Positions 1-13,199 of a stretch of DNA of 64,000 nucleotides are shown here, piece after piece. Below the pieces are notes generated by a model. That model was not told the DNA's origin. It saw only the letters and a list, made by a program, of their open reading frames with translations, and searched no databases. The stretch is from Leucoraja ocellata (taxonomy: Eukaryota). Positions within the stretch are counted from its first letter, which is position 1, and each line of letters begins with the position of its first letter. The position numbers were made by a program, and so were the translations under genes. The stretch spans positions 5,146,001 through 5,210,000 of the forward strand of contig JAWMAR010000020.1 of NCBI GenBank assembly GCA_036785375.1, given 5' to 3'.

Positions 1-159
1 CATTTCTCCTCAATAACACTCCCATGTTGGTCTACATGTTACCTACCTTCTCTTTGTAAAAACTATTTTGGAATTAAGACTTGAACGTAAAAATCCAATC
101 ATGACTTTATGTGGTAAAAGTCATTTTGTAAAATGGAGGCTGATATTAGTAAACGTTTG

Positions 160-2537
160 CAGCAATACATAGAAGTACCTACTAGAGAAGGGGCGGTGCT
201 GGACCTCCGGTTAGGAAATGAGACGGGTCAGGTGGCAGAGGTATGCGTTGGGGAACAGTTCGGGACCAGTGATCACAATACCATTAATTTCAATATAATT
301 ATGGAGAGGGGCAGAACTGGACCTATGGTTGAGATTTTTGATTAGAGAAAGGCTAACTTTGAGGAGATGCGAAAGGATTTAAAAGGAGTAAATTGGGACA
401 TTTTGTTTTATGGAAAAGATGTGGAAGAGAAATGGAGTACATTTAAAGGTGAAATTTTAAGAGTACAGAATCTTTATGTCCCTGTTCGGTTGAAAGGAAA
501 TAATAAAAATGGGAAAGAGCCATGGTTTTCAAGGGAAATAGGACACTTGGTTCAGAAAAAAAGGGAGAGCTACAATAATTATAGGCAGCATGGAGTAAAT
601 GAGGTGCATGAGGAGTATAAAGAATGTAAAAAGAATCTCAAGAAAGAAATTAGAAAAGCTAGAAGAAGATATGAGGTTGCTTTGGCAAGTAAGGTGAAAG
701 TAAATCCAAAGGGTTTCTACAGCTATATTAATAGCAAAAGGATAACGAGGGATAAAATTGGTCCATTAGAGAGTCAGAGAGGACAGCTATCTGCAGAGCC
801 AAAAGAGATGGGGGAGATATTGAACAATTTCTTTTCTTCGGTATTCACCAAGGAGAAGGATATTGAATTATGTGAGGTAAGGGAAACAAGTAGAGTAGCT
901 ATGGAAACTATGAGATTCAAAGAAGAGGAAGTACTGACACTTTTGAGAAATATAAAAGTGGATAAGTCTCCAGGTCCGGTCAGGATATTCCCTAGGACAT
1001 TGAGGGAAGTTAGTGTAGAAATAGCAGGGGCTATGACAGAAATATTTCAAATGTCATTAGAAATGGGAATAGTGCCGGAGGATCGGCGTACTGCGCATGT
1101 TGTTCCATTGTTTAAAAATGGGTCCAAGAGTAAACCTAGCAATTATAGACCTGTTAGTTTGACGTCAGTGGTGGACAAATTAATGGAAAGGATACTTAGA
1201 GATAATATATATAAGCATCTGGATAAACAGGGTTTCATTAGGAACAGTCAACATGGATTTGTGCCTGGAAGGTCATGTATGACTAATCTTCTTGAATTTT
1301 TTGAAGAGGTTACTCGGGAAATTGATGAGGGTAAAGCAGTGGATGTTGTATATATGGACTTCAGTAAGGCCTTTGACAAGGTTCCTCACGGAAGGTTGGT
1401 TAAGAAGGTTCAATGGTTGGGTATTAATGGTGGAGTAGCAAGATGGATTCAACAGTGGCTGAATGGGAGATGCCAGAGAGTAATGGTGGATGGTTGTTTG
1501 TCAGGTTGGAGGCCAGTGAGAAGTGGGGTGCCTCAGGGATCTGTGTTGGGTCCACTGTTGTTTGTCATGTACATCAATGATCTGGATGATGGTGTGGTAA
1601 ATTGGATTAGTAAGTATGCAGATGATACTAAGCTAGGAGGGGTTGTGGATAATGAAGTAGATTTTCAAAGTCTACAGAGAGATGTATGCCAGCTGGAAGA
1701 GTGGACTGAAAGATGGCAGATGGAGTTTAATGCTGATAAGTGTGAGGTGCTACATCTTGGCAGGACAAATCAAAATAGGACGTACATGGTAAATGGTAGG
1801 GAATTGAAGAATGCAGGTGAACAGAGGGATCTGGGAATAACTGTGCACAGTTCCCTGAAAGTGGAATCTCATGTAGATAGGGTGGTAAAGAAAGCTTTTG
1901 GTGTGCTGGCCTTTAAAAATCAGAGCATTGAGTATAGAAGTTGGGATGTAATGTTAAAATTGTACAAGGCATTGGTGAGGCCAATTCTGGAGTATGGGGT
2001 ACAATTTTGGTCGCCTAATTATAGGAAGGATGTCAACAAAATAGAGAGAGTACAGAGGAGATTTACTAGAATGTTGCCTGGGTTTCAGCAACTAAGTTAC
2101 AGAGAAAGGTTTAACAAGTTAGGGCTTTATTCTTTGGAGCGCAGAATTTAAGGGGGGACTTGATACAGGTCTTTAAAATGATGAGAGGGATAGACAGAGT
2201 TGACGTGGATAAGCTTTTCCCACTGAGAGGAGGGAAGATGCAAACAAGGGGACATGACTTGAGAATTAAGGGACAGAAGTTTAGGGGTAACATGAAGGTG
2301 AACTTCTTTACTCAGAGAGTGGTGGCTGTGTGGAATGAGCTTCCAGTGAAGGTGGTGGAGGCAGGTTCGTTTTTATCATTTAAAACTAAATTGGATAGTT
2401 ATATGGACGAGAAAGGAATGGAGGGTTATGGTCTGAGCGCAGGTATATGGGACTAGGGGAGAATACGTGTTCGGCACGGACTAGAAGGGTTGAGATGGCC
2501 TGTTTCTGTGCTGTAATTGTTATATGGTTATATGGTT
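160..2537 (+). mobile_element. CR1-clade LINE, 5'-truncated (end of endonuclease, RT, 3'UTR, (TATATGGT)n tail)
   Basis: ORFs 133-345 (SDH endonuclease motif), 367-2151 (KSPGP, NYRPVSLTS, DFSKAFDKVPH, GVPQGSVLGP, YADD) and 2160-2456 (RGH, FFTQRVV..WNELP). Stop near 345 and frameshift near 2150. Ends in GTAATTGTTATATGGTTATATGGTT. 5' boundary approximate. Confidence 0.95.
367..2456 (+). pseudogene. CR1 ORF2 reverse transcriptase, frameshifted near 2150
   Basis: RT motifs through YADD. The C-terminus continues in another frame, whereas the sister copy at 45362-46999 is uninterrupted here (ERRRLRGDLIEVFK). Confidence 0.9.
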
Positions 2538-2868
2538 AAAAGCAACTTTGTGCTGTCAAACAATATAAGGTATATATTGCAATAAACTGAATTTTGTTTA
2601 CATTTTAGCAATGGCAAGATAATGTGTGGCCGCCAGTCATTTTCAGTGCATGATATGGAGGTAGACAAACAGAGCTGGACAGGCCTTCACATGAGCTCAT
2701 AAATGGCCTCAGATTGGATGAGGTAACGATTGGATGCTATGATATAATTGGGTTCCTTGTAGCAGAAAAAGCCTGGAGCTCACCCTGGCCTGGATTAGTG
2801 AGCTAGGCTCAGCTACTCGGGGATGGAGAACTGGAAGTCGCCTCAAAAGCCCAGGGTTTAGGAGCAGC

Positions 2869-2961
2869 CTGAAGAAGGGTCTCGACCCAAAATGTCACCT
2901 ATTCCCTCTCTCCAGCGATACTGCCTGTCCCGCTGAGTTACTCCAGCTTATTGTGTCTATT
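2869..2961 (+). repeat. Non-autonomous Penelope-like 3' tail with degenerate hammerhead motif
   Basis: CTGAAGAAGGGTCTCGACCCAAAATGTCACC...CCCGCTGAGTTACTCCAGC resembles the PLE 3' end at 40443-40530. Confidence 0.75.
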
Positions 2962-3599
2962 TTAGGAGGTGAGTCGCTAGCTGTTGGCTCTGCCTCTGGT
3001 GATACCTGGCCTTTTAGGGGCAAATCTCTCAAACATGTTATAACATAGATGTTGGTAAATTGCCAGATGGTTGGAATTAGGATCTCCTCTTACATTGGAG
3101 ACCAAAACTCAACACAGTACTCCAGCTGTTATGTCTGCTGTGTTTAAAGTAATTATTTAAAGTAATATTGTAAAGTATGTCACTTTTTTACATTTTATCC
3201 ATTGCTTGCTTATCAGCATATCCTTTAATATAGTCGCACAATATGGTTTCAGATTGAACTGTCAATCTTAATACAAAATACCTTTTTTATTACGGTTATT
3301 TGTTCTAATGGTTCTCTGACACCAGTTAATTTGTAGAGCTTTCCTCATTACACAATATCAGATACTCATGTAGTCTCTTAACGTATTGATCGAGAAATCC
3401 ATCTCTTACTTGCTCCAAGACTTCCCCTCCACCATATACTACTGATTTGGTTTCCCAGTCTAAAATTATCATTGTATTATCTTTATTACATGGACCTCAA
3501 ATTTCTCGATTTATGTTATACCCTACAATATCATGATTGTTTCTGACCTGTAGATTGTTCCCATAAATCCATTATTATCCATTACAATTATTTCACTCA

Positions 3600-3840
3600 T
3601 ATACTTGTCCTCATGTACAGTATGATTCGACTGGCTAGCTGGCAACCCAAGTTTTTCACTGTATCTCGGTACATGTGGCAATAATAAGCTAAGCTAAGAT
3701 AAGCTGCCTAGGGAAAGCAGCCAACATAATCAAGTACCACTCACACCCTCGTCATTCTCTCTTCTCCCTTCTTGAGCAGAAGATAGAAAAGCTTGAAAAC
3801 AGGTAGCATCAGATTCAAGAACAGCTCCTTCTTGAACCAC
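3600..3840 (+). repeat. Degraded Rex/Babar-like LINE 3' fragments
   Basis: Similar to 63290-63700 (TTTTCACTGTATCTCGGTACATGTGGCAATAA tail; GCAGCCAACATAATCAAG...CACACCC). Confidence 0.55.
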
Positions 3841-5280
3841 TACAACAAACTGATAATTATATGCTCAACGTATCTCATTTGCTTAAAATTTAAGTTTATT
3901 TAATTCTTTGAATCTAAATTCCTACCTCCCATTGGAGGGATTCAAACTCGTGCCTGCATAATAAAGGGATATGGACATTTCCCTTAATAAAGGGATACAC
4001 TTCTCACTTATTCTTTCACACACAAGGCATCATATTTCAAGGAAACCTATGAGCAATGGGCTTCAGACAGAGCAAGGACAACAGCTGAGCAATCAACACT
4101 ATCACAATCCAATGCACAACATATAGTGAGCCACCAGCATTAATCTCCACTGGCTGAAGGCCAGCTCAGTGAAGCTGTATATGTTTAGGGGGTGAATGAG
4201 TGCACAGCCAGATTCAGCATGCAGCCAAGAACCAGCATCTTAACTATCAACGGCTGGAGCCATCTTCTGTAATTTCCTGCAACAGAACATGGAAGAGATC
4301 TGGAACCTTTTAAATGTGGATAGACCAGTGACGTTTCATGCATTAAAAAATAATCGATGGGCAACTTTGGTAGCAACTGACAAAATCTGCAAATGAAAAG
4401 CCATGTGAGTACATGTGATAGCTATATATGTGGCAATTGATTAAATTATTCCACTGTATTTAAGGCTTAGTTTACTGCATATTACTTCTGAATGTTCTAA
4501 TTAGTTCTCTGCATGGCTAGAGTTTATACTAATCTGGGATTTAAGTGGTAATTGTATAGATTCTTATTAATGACTTAGATTGTCTTCTCAGCATTATCTA
4601 TCAATGCTCGACGTCTTCACAATAGGGAAAAGTTCATGAGAATAGTGGGGAAAAAAACCTTCTAATAGCTGTTAAAATCTGATTGAAAGTTATCAAGATT
4701 ACAGGTTCCTTCAGTGTACCCTCAACACTGTTGCAATAGTTAATGCAAAGATTAAGTGACAGACTTGGAGATTTCGGACATCTCCAAGAAGGGAATTATT
4801 ACATTAAAAAAGATGTTTTGATTTTATTTTCTTGTTTTACCACACAATAATAGGTTAAACTGGGCTATAAATCCAAATTCATAAGGAATATTTGAATATA
4901 CATTATGGAATTAGAAGGGGGGTCACAGATTTCACAAACATTGAAGCTCTTTTCATATAATGTGTGGTTGCAGTAGATGCACTGCCTTACTACACTGGAC
5001 ACATGGCTCCAAAACTGACCCTGGCAACCTCTGTGTGGAGTTTGCACTTCCTGTGTCACAGCCAGATTGGTTTTAAAGACGAGTGAAGAATGTGGAACAT
5101 TGAGCCAATGTCCATGTTGCAGAAATGTAAAGGATAAAGTTAGAATAATTTTACTCCTGGCTTTGTAATATTTACTCTTGACTGCTCGGTCACAGTTTTG
5201 ACATCAGCTCAATGTTCCACATCAATAAATCTGTATTTCAATGACTTTGATAAATTGGTTGAAACTTATGATTCTTCTTT

Positions 5281-5638
5281 TTTTTTTTTTTTGTTTATTT
5301 TATTAGAAGTTAATACAGCACAAAACAGTACAGTGGAACCTAATTTTAGGTGCCAACTATGTAATACCGTAATCCATTCTATGTACAACCTCTAGTTTTA
5401 TGTTATAAGAAGGAAGTAAGCAGGACAAGAAAAAGAAAACAATAGAAAAAGGAAAAAGTGGAAAAATAGATGGTAGAGAGTAGAAAAACGTGAAGTGTGT
5501 ATATAAAAAATAAAAAAGGAAGAGAGAAAGTGGAAAGAAGCAATAGAAGAGAAGGCCCCTTAAAAGAGAATTTTTCAAATCTGTATTCGGAGATGTAGAT
5601 CTATCCGCGTCATGAACTGAAATCAGCAATCTTTACGT
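5281..5638 (-). mobile_element. Short 3' end of an L1/Tx1-type LINE (3'UTR plus poly(A))
   Basis: T-run followed by TTTATTAGAAG, as at the L1 end near 54910. Flanked by near-direct repeats TGATTCTTCTTT (5269-5280) and TGATTATTCTTT (5639-5650). Confidence 0.7.
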
Positions 5639-5950
5639 TGATTATTCTTTATTGCTAAAGTAACACTTGAACTTTGGCAGCTTGCCTGTTGTTAAGGGGT
5701 GAATATGTGTTTTGTTGACTGTAAAGCTCCTTTGCCAGTTGTACCACCTACCCCCCCGAGTAGAAGTAGTATCAACTCATGAACTTTCCTAACAGGTCAG
5801 AGATGTATTCCTCTGTGCTCAAAACCATTTCGTGCATTTGGTATGAAAGGCAAGATGCTTCTCCAGGAAGATCAGAGGCAGTTTGAACAAGCTTACTCCT
5901 GAGATGTTTGACAAGCTATGCCATGAGTTCCTTAATGTGGGTGAAGCCTG

Positions 5951-6240
5951 GTTTTAGTTTTTAGTTTTAGTGTTAGAGATACAGCATGGAAACAGGCGCT
6001 TGGCCTCACCGAGTCTGTGCTGACCAGCAATCACACAAACACTAGTTCTATTCTACAAAAGCCAATAACCTACAACCCTGCACATCTTTGGAATGTGGGA
6101 TGTAACTGGGTACCTAAACGAAATGCATGCGGTCACATGGCAAACAACCAAACTCTGTACAGACAGCACCCATAGTCAAGATCGAACCTGGGTACCTGGC
6201 ACTGTAAGGCAGCAACTCTACTGCTGCACCACTGTGTCAC
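5951..6240 (-). mobile_element. tRNA-derived SINE (HE1/V-SINE-like)
   Basis: Minus strand shows GTGGTGCAGCAGTAGAG (A box), GGTTCGATC (B box), conserved body and a CR1-like tail ending in CTAAA repeats. Confidence 0.8.
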
Positions 6241-6589
6241 TGGTCCTAAAGGGGATCATTTTACTGATAGTGGAAATGTACTGTGCATACACATTAGCAT
6301 TCTCCTGCTCACGATCTGAATACACTGGGCAGTGCCACCATGTACCCCCTGGCAATCGGACCGCCGTTGATCTCCGCTTTCTGCCTGATGGCAGCCATGA
6401 ATGCCAAGGTCTCCCTCTCCCTCACCACTGTCCTGCTCTCAGCCATGGTCTGCTCGACCTCATGGACGGAGGCCTTTTGGTCCACTGAGCACGCCAAATC
6501 TCAAGCACCCAGAAACACCAATCCTTTACTAACGCATTTTATTCTGTCCACATTCCCATCAATTTACATCATCACCCCCTGTCCCTCAG

Positions 6590-6822
6590 ATTCTAGCAGT
6601 CACTTTCACAAGAGGCAATTTATTTTGCCCATTCAACTTTGTTGCCTGCACAGCTTTGGGACATGGAAGGAAACGGAGCACCCAGAGGAAACTCACATGG
6701 CCGTGGAGACAACTTGCAAACTCCACACAGATGAGCACAGGGAGTCAGGATTGAACCTGGGTTGCTGGAGCTATGAGGAAACGGCTCCACTAGCTGCACC
6801 ACTGTACCACCTACTGTGCGGG
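6590..6822 (-). mobile_element. Older tRNA-derived SINE
   Basis: Minus strand has GTGGTACAGTGGTGCAGCTAG...GGTTCAATCC and the SINE body GGTGCTCCGTTTCC. Confidence 0.65.
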
Positions 6823-8811
6823 CCTTTGTGAAATGGGCCCTGCACACATTTTAGATGGAAAAAAATATTCAAAGACAAGGAGGATACGTTTTTTCATAGA
6901 GGGTGGGTGCTTAGGGTGGTGGTGGAGGCAGACATGGTAAGAAACTTTTGGATAGGCACATGGATATGCAGGGAATGGAGGGATATGGATTGCATGTAGG
7001 CAGACGAGATTGATATAACTGCATAATATTCGGTGTGGAAATTGTGGGCTGGAGGGCCTGTTCCTGTGCTGTACTGTGCTATGTTCTATGTTCAACAAAA
7101 GAGCTCTTTTGCTGCAATGCCAATGAGGTGGATGAGCTTCTTCAGATCAGCCAGCAACAGAACATCCATCTACCTGGAGTGCCCTGCTCTCAGCCATGGC
7201 CTGCCTGAGGTGATGTTTGATGAAGATCTACGCAGGCACTTTGTGGCCAGCGTTCTGCTCCTGGGAGGCTGGGTGCATTAGAGAGGCAGGTTAGTGACTT
7301 GCGACACAGTTACTTTACCTGACCCGCCTGATTGTCACTGCCTGCTTGCCGGTGACTATAGGGTGAGGCAAGAAGTAAAGGTGTAATGATCTGACTGTCG
7401 GGGAATGTGGAGTGGACGGGAGAGCGGGGATGGTGCAGACTGACTGTGAGAATGGGAGAGGGAGGGGAGAATATCACCGTCACTGTCCGTGAATGTAGAA
7501 GAGGGTGGGAAGAAGGGAGAGGAGTTATGTCTGGTTGTCAGTGAGTGTGGAAAGAGAGGGGGGGGAGGGCTGTTGCTATCTCCCTGTCATTGAATGAGAG
7601 AGTGTGAACTAGAGGAAAGGGACTGGTGTTACTTGTCTGGCTGTCAGGGTGAGTGAGGGGTTGGGGGGAGAGCAGGCGGGAGTAAGAGGAAGCGGGAGAC
7701 AGTGAGAGGGAGCGGTTGGCACTCTCATTCTCAGGGAATGTGAGTGAGAGGCACCTGGCTTCTGAGTGGTTGCCTCCACCCTAAGACTAGATTGTGTTTG
7801 CACAGCAGATCCCCCGTCCTGTGAAGTACAATGGCATGTTCATCTACAAGGCTGAAGCAATTGTTTATCTGGCACCCACCTACACAATGAGGGGCAATGA
7901 ACAATGTACAATTAGCTTACCAACCGCACATATCTGGGATGTGAGAGGAAAATAAAGGACCTGTAGGAAACGCACAAATGCACAGCAAGAATATGCAAAC
8001 TCCTGCAGACAGCATTGGAGTTGCTGGAACGGTGAGACAATAGTTGCACTAGCTGTACCACCACCACGAACAGTGTGACATCTTTCTGTCTCCGTTATGC
8101 TTTTGGATCATGGCTCCCCTGATTCTTTGAGTTCACCACCTTCAGCAAGCATCTCCTTGCCGGGCATTGGTTTGCATTGATCAATATTGGCATCATAACT
8201 TGTTTGTTTTATTTGCGCTATCCCAAGATCAGTGGCTTTCTTTAGGAGGACTCTACCCCTTAATCCTGAGTCAAGTAAAAATGTTCAGCGTTAACTGTTC
8301 ACAGCAATCCACAAATAATCCAATGTCGGTTGATCGCGGACTTGTAATCTGAGAACCTGCAGTTATATACAATGTTAGGAAAGTGTGAAAGAATACTAGA
8401 ACATGGAACATAGAACAGTTTAGCACAGGAACAAATCCTTCAGCCCACAATGTCTGTGTTGAGCATGATGCCAAGGTCAACTCTTATCTGACTGCATGTG
8501 ATCCATATCCCGACATTCCTTGCCTATCCGTATTCCTATCCAAAAGTCTTAAATGCCACCATCGTTTCCAATACTCCTGCTCTTGATGGCAATAGAAGAA
8601 TTGGTACCAGTTAGCAGTTTCATTTTTAGGTGGATTGCAAAGTGTTTGTAAAGTCAGTCTCTGCGGTTTCATCTGAAGCTGTGATGTAATGGAGTAAATG
8701 TCTGCCCTCGTGGCCAATGTGATCGAATGGCATCTTTACTTTCACCTGCCTGCCTTAACTTGTGTAGCCAGTTAAATATAACACTTGCTGTTGTTCAGTC
8801 TTTTGGCTGTT

Positions 8812-9020
8812 TTTATTTAGTTTAGTTTAGTTTAGTTTAGCTTAGTTTAGTTTTGTTTAAAAATACAGCATGGAAACAGGCCCTCCGTCCCTCCAAGTCC
8901 GTGATCCCTGCACACTAACACTATCCCACACACACACTAGGGACAATTTATAAGTATACCAAGCCAATTAACCTACAAACCTGTATTTCTTTGGAGTGTG
9001 GGGGGCAAACCAGAGCATCC
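8812..9020 (-). mobile_element. SINE 3' half with (TTTAG)n tail
   Basis: (TTTAG)n, ATACAGCATGGAAACAGGCCC and CCAATTAACCTACAAACCTG match other SINE copies in the window. Confidence 0.75.
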
Positions 9021-9195
9021 AAAGAGCCATATTAAATGGCATTTATACTGCGTGGTCAATACATTTTTTGTTTGATTTCCCCCAAGTCATAAAAACATTC
9101 TTCATTCTTGCTTAAATCTACAATTAATGTGCTGCACTATGTTCTTATGAGCATAAAATGCAAACTGTTCTTTTGTTATTGCTGCATGTGTACCA

Positions 9196-9500
9196 GTGGC
9201 TCAGCTAATAGAGCTGCTACTCTCAGCATTAGGGACTCGGGTTCAATCCTGACCACGAGGACTGTCTTTGTGCAACTTGTACATTCTTCCTATGTCCACG
9301 TGGCTTTCTCCTGTCCTAACGATGTGTTGGTTAGTACTGTAAAATTGCCGCTAGTCTTTAAGATGAGTGGTAGAATCTGGAGGAAGTCGATAATGATATG
9401 GGAAAAAAAAAGATGAATATAGGTTTACTGTAAATGGATGGTTGATGGGCCATAGGGCCTGTTTCCATTCAGTATCTTTCTATGACTTTAAGGCTCTATG
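9196..9500 (+). mobile_element. Degenerate tRNA-derived SINE
   Basis: GTGGCTCAGCTAATAGAGCTGCT...GGGTTCAATCCTGACC head and GGGCCTGTTTCC tail. Confidence 0.6.
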
Positions 9501-11834
9501 ACTAAGGTACATTTGCCATGGTAACCCAATCAACCATTTCAGAAGCAGTGATCTTGATTTTGTTGTCCTGTATGTTTTCTCTCAGTGTTGACAAACCCAT
9601 TGTGTTTGAATTGTACTCTGCAACATTGCGAGTACTTAATAGTACATATGTTATATCATGAGGTATCCACATCGTCTCAATGGTTTACTGATGTTTCAGT
9701 GTTAGGACTAACTTCCCCAGTTTCTGCATAAATTAAGATTTTAATCGAAGAAAACTTAACATGGAATCATTTTTGTGTAATTGTAAGCTCTTGCAGAAAA
9801 TTGCGTTCTACTGATCTTTTCTCATCTCCCTAATAACCCTTGCCGTGCTTTAGATCATAATCTGCCTTTGCAGCAGCTTACCAATGTTGTAAAGAGGCTC
9901 AATCTGTAAAGCCCCTCTGCTTTTACCAATCACATTCCTCTCCACAGAACCAGCTTAGTGAGTAAGTAGCTCAGGGTCTTTGTCTTCAACCTGCTTATAA
10001 AGTCAGCTTTGGAGACAAGGACATCACTGGCCACTGCCTCTCTCATTGAGCTGGCACTCATGATGCACTACTCAATATTTCATGGTCAGTGTATCATTGA
10101 ATATGTGGATGGATGGATTGAGTCGGTGATGTTGTCACAGCATCCTTGAAAAAGTGCGAATGCCTCCCAGTTCCTGGGCATCGCTGCTTAAAATGGAGGA
10201 GGGGCATTTGTATTAAGAAATTTAAGCCCATGTGTATGCAGTAGACAGAAGCCCAGAATAAAAGCATTCTGACCATGAGAGAGTCTGTAGGTTACCCATT
10301 GGCCTCATCCACCTCCTCAGAAGCCACAGGACCAGATTGGAAACAAGTCATCCTCGATTTTGAGGTACCGCGTGGGGAGATCTGTCCCATGACTCAGTTT
10401 CTTGGCAACATAGACAATAGACAACATCTCATCCTCAGTCTCCCATCTCACATGAGACTCTGCCTTTCTCCTCCGTCAGCTCCTTTCTCAATGAGGACAG
10501 CAATCGGTCAGTCAACCAGAATTCCCATTGATGTTAGACAACACAATTAAAAAGCAACAACTGTATCAGTGTATTCTCTTTGCTTTTCCACCATGAAAAA
10601 ACTGACTTCACACTGGACTTACAGAGGGGATTTTGCATTTATGTAATTGTGTTTTCAGTTTTGGTTTAATGTAAAATGCACTTCCTTGCCTAACGTTGTT
10701 AAATGACTGAGCCACTGATGCATTGAAATAAGTCAATGTGAATGAGGAATTCAATATGCGCATGAGGTTTGAATTTTTCACTAGACTGTACAAGTCAGCA
10801 TTATGTGAACACACAAAACCTCTGACTGCATTGCTACTGTAGTCTATTTTATGACATCTTACTTCCATGTTCATCCATACAGATGAATCATACAAAATCT
10901 CTTTATATTTTCAGCTGTTTCAATAGAATTACATTCTGCAAATCTGTTCCAATATTCAAAGAGTCAGCAGTATAGTATTAAAGAAAGTTAAAGGAACTAT
11001 TGCCCTGTGACTTTAATTATTTGATTTTTTTTCCTATAGCTATTGTTTAACTGGGCCATGAATTGACTTGAATACGACTCTCCTGAGCATTTAATCCACC
11101 TTTCCAAAGAGTATTACTGCTGATCCCTTAACTGCAATCATTCCATGAACACGGGTTTATCTAAAGATTTGCCGTGCTTAAACAGGATTAACCGCAAAGG
11201 CAGCAGTGACGTTATTGATAAACATTAGCAGAACATGAACATTATTTTTGCAGGGATGTTTCAATAATATCTTACCAAGCCTCTCCATAATCTAGTCAGA
11301 GTTTAGAAGATTTTTTTCTTAAACTATAAAAGCTTTCCTGCAGGTGCTAAATTAACAATCTTTAATGATGAGCTATGATTTTGCTACACATCATATCTGC
11401 TACATAGTTGAAAGAGCGTTGACAACTTATTGACTTTTCACTACTTTAATGTATGCTGTGCATATGCTTCTAATAATCTGGAACAATGGTCACCTCTAAC
11501 ACCAGCCTCAAATGCACCAGCACCATTGTCACCACCTATTCACTGAGCAGTTGTGACACTGCAGGGGATCTTGTAGGTTCAGTGTTAAAGTATTCATGGA
11601 GCCCACCATCCAAGGACTGCAAGAAGCTGTGAAGGTGGAGCAAGTGAAGCAACAAGGGTCAAGCAAGATTGGAAGGTAATGGAAAGGGTTTGCAATGAAG
11701 CTGGCCATTCTTTCAAGACTGTGATTATTTTTGATGCTAGGGCTTCCAAATGGGGAAGGCTGTCCCACTGAGGAACTGTTCATTCATTAAAAGTTCTCCT
11801 TTAGAGTGATACTGAACCAAGGTTTATATCTATG

Positions 11835-11945
11835 CAGACACAAGGAGCTGCAGATGCTATTTTACAGAAAAAGACACAAAGTCCTGGAGTAACAGTGAGT
11901 CAGGCAGCATCTCTGAAGAACATGAATAGGTGACGTTTCTTCAGA
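11835..11945 (-). repeat. Penelope-like tail repeat, hammerhead stem II deleted
   Basis: Reverse complement reads CTGAAGAAACGTCACCTATTCATGTTCTTCAGAGATGCTGCCTGAC. Confidence 0.6.
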
Positions 11946-12194
11946 TTATGCTGGTGTATCAGGGAGACTCAATGGTACTTTATTATTATGTGTCATTGAG
12001 TACAGTGAAATTCCTTTTTTTGCATAGATTTCAGTGACAATACTGCTGTACATTAGACACAATCTTACCAGGATAAGAGAGTAAGATAGTAGACCACACT
12101 GGTACACAAGAGTCACCATGTTTTAAGTGCCATCTTGGAACTTTAAAGCCAGATTTTTTTTTTAATGTTGGAGTCTTAGCGTGGCCATAACTAT

Positions 12195-12491
12195 TTAGAT
12201 GAAGGAATTAAATGTAAAATTTCCAAGTTTGTGGATGACACAAAGCTGGGTGGCAGTGTGAGCTGCGAGGAGGATGCTCTGCAGCTGCAGGGTGACTTGG
12301 ATAGGTTGGCTGCGTGGGCAGATGCATGGCAGATCATTTTCACTCGGAGAGTTGTGAATCTGGAATTTTCTCGGCACAAAAGGCAGTGGAGGCCAATTCA
12401 CTGAACCTATTCAGGAGAGAGTTAGATATAGCTCTGAAAGCTAATGGAATCGAGGGATATGGGGAGAAAGCAGGAACATGGTACTGATTTT
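12195..12491 (+). mobile_element. Old CR1 fragment, left part; interrupted by the DIRS element
   Basis: SKFVDDTKLGG motif and 3' region ending GCAGGAACATGGTACTGATTTT. It resumes at 17493, as shown by the uninterrupted paralog at 26160-26297. Confidence 0.8.
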
Positions 12492-12509
12492 ACTTCGGAG
12501 TCACGTGAG

Positions 12510-13190
12510 CTGGTGGAGAAGCTGCTCCACAATGATAAACTCTGGAGAAAGGAGCATTATCAGCACGAGTCCCATTTACAGACCATGCCAGCAGCCTCAT
12601 ACTCTGGGCAGCAATATGTCTTCCCCATGGAAGGGGGAAGTACATACGGGGATTACCCGGACTCAGAGTTTGGAAGCACAGGGGGGAACACTCCCAGGGG
12701 GGACTGGAGGAAGTACCCCTACAATCAACTAAATTTGCGATCTCCACAGCACTGGGAGCATCCTTGGATGAAGACCTAGCAAGTAACATCAACTACTTGG
12801 CGTCTCATCAACTCAAGGATCTTGTCATGGAAGAAACCCTAAACAGGTAAGCCCCACCATCAAACTGTGCTTCCCTCAAGGTACAAGCGGTGAACCGCAT
12901 AATTTGGGGACAAATAGGTCCCATAATCAGGAACCAGGAACTGAAGTTCCAAAAAGTGTTAAATCTGCTGGGGTCAGGAATCACTTTGTTTGCAGGAGGT
13001 GTGGAAGGAGGCATCCTCACTGAGCGGGAGCAGGATACCATGGCACTGCTATGTAATGCCCGTTTCGAAATAAACTGCATACGGAAAGAGGCTATAAAAC
13101 CGGCTATAAATTCGAAGTTTGCAGCACTTTGCAAAGCTAGCGACACCCAGCCCGCAAACTACCTGTTTGGAGAAGACCTGTCTAGACAAA
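12510..13190 (+). pseudogene. DIRS gag-like ORF1 remnant
   Basis: ORF 12890-13222 (..VNRIIW..ALLCNARFEINCIRKEAIKPAIN..YLFGEDL) lies upstream of RT. The LFG motif is typical of DIRS ORF1. In-frame stops are present. Confidence 0.6.
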
Positions 13191-13199
13191 CGAACCTCA

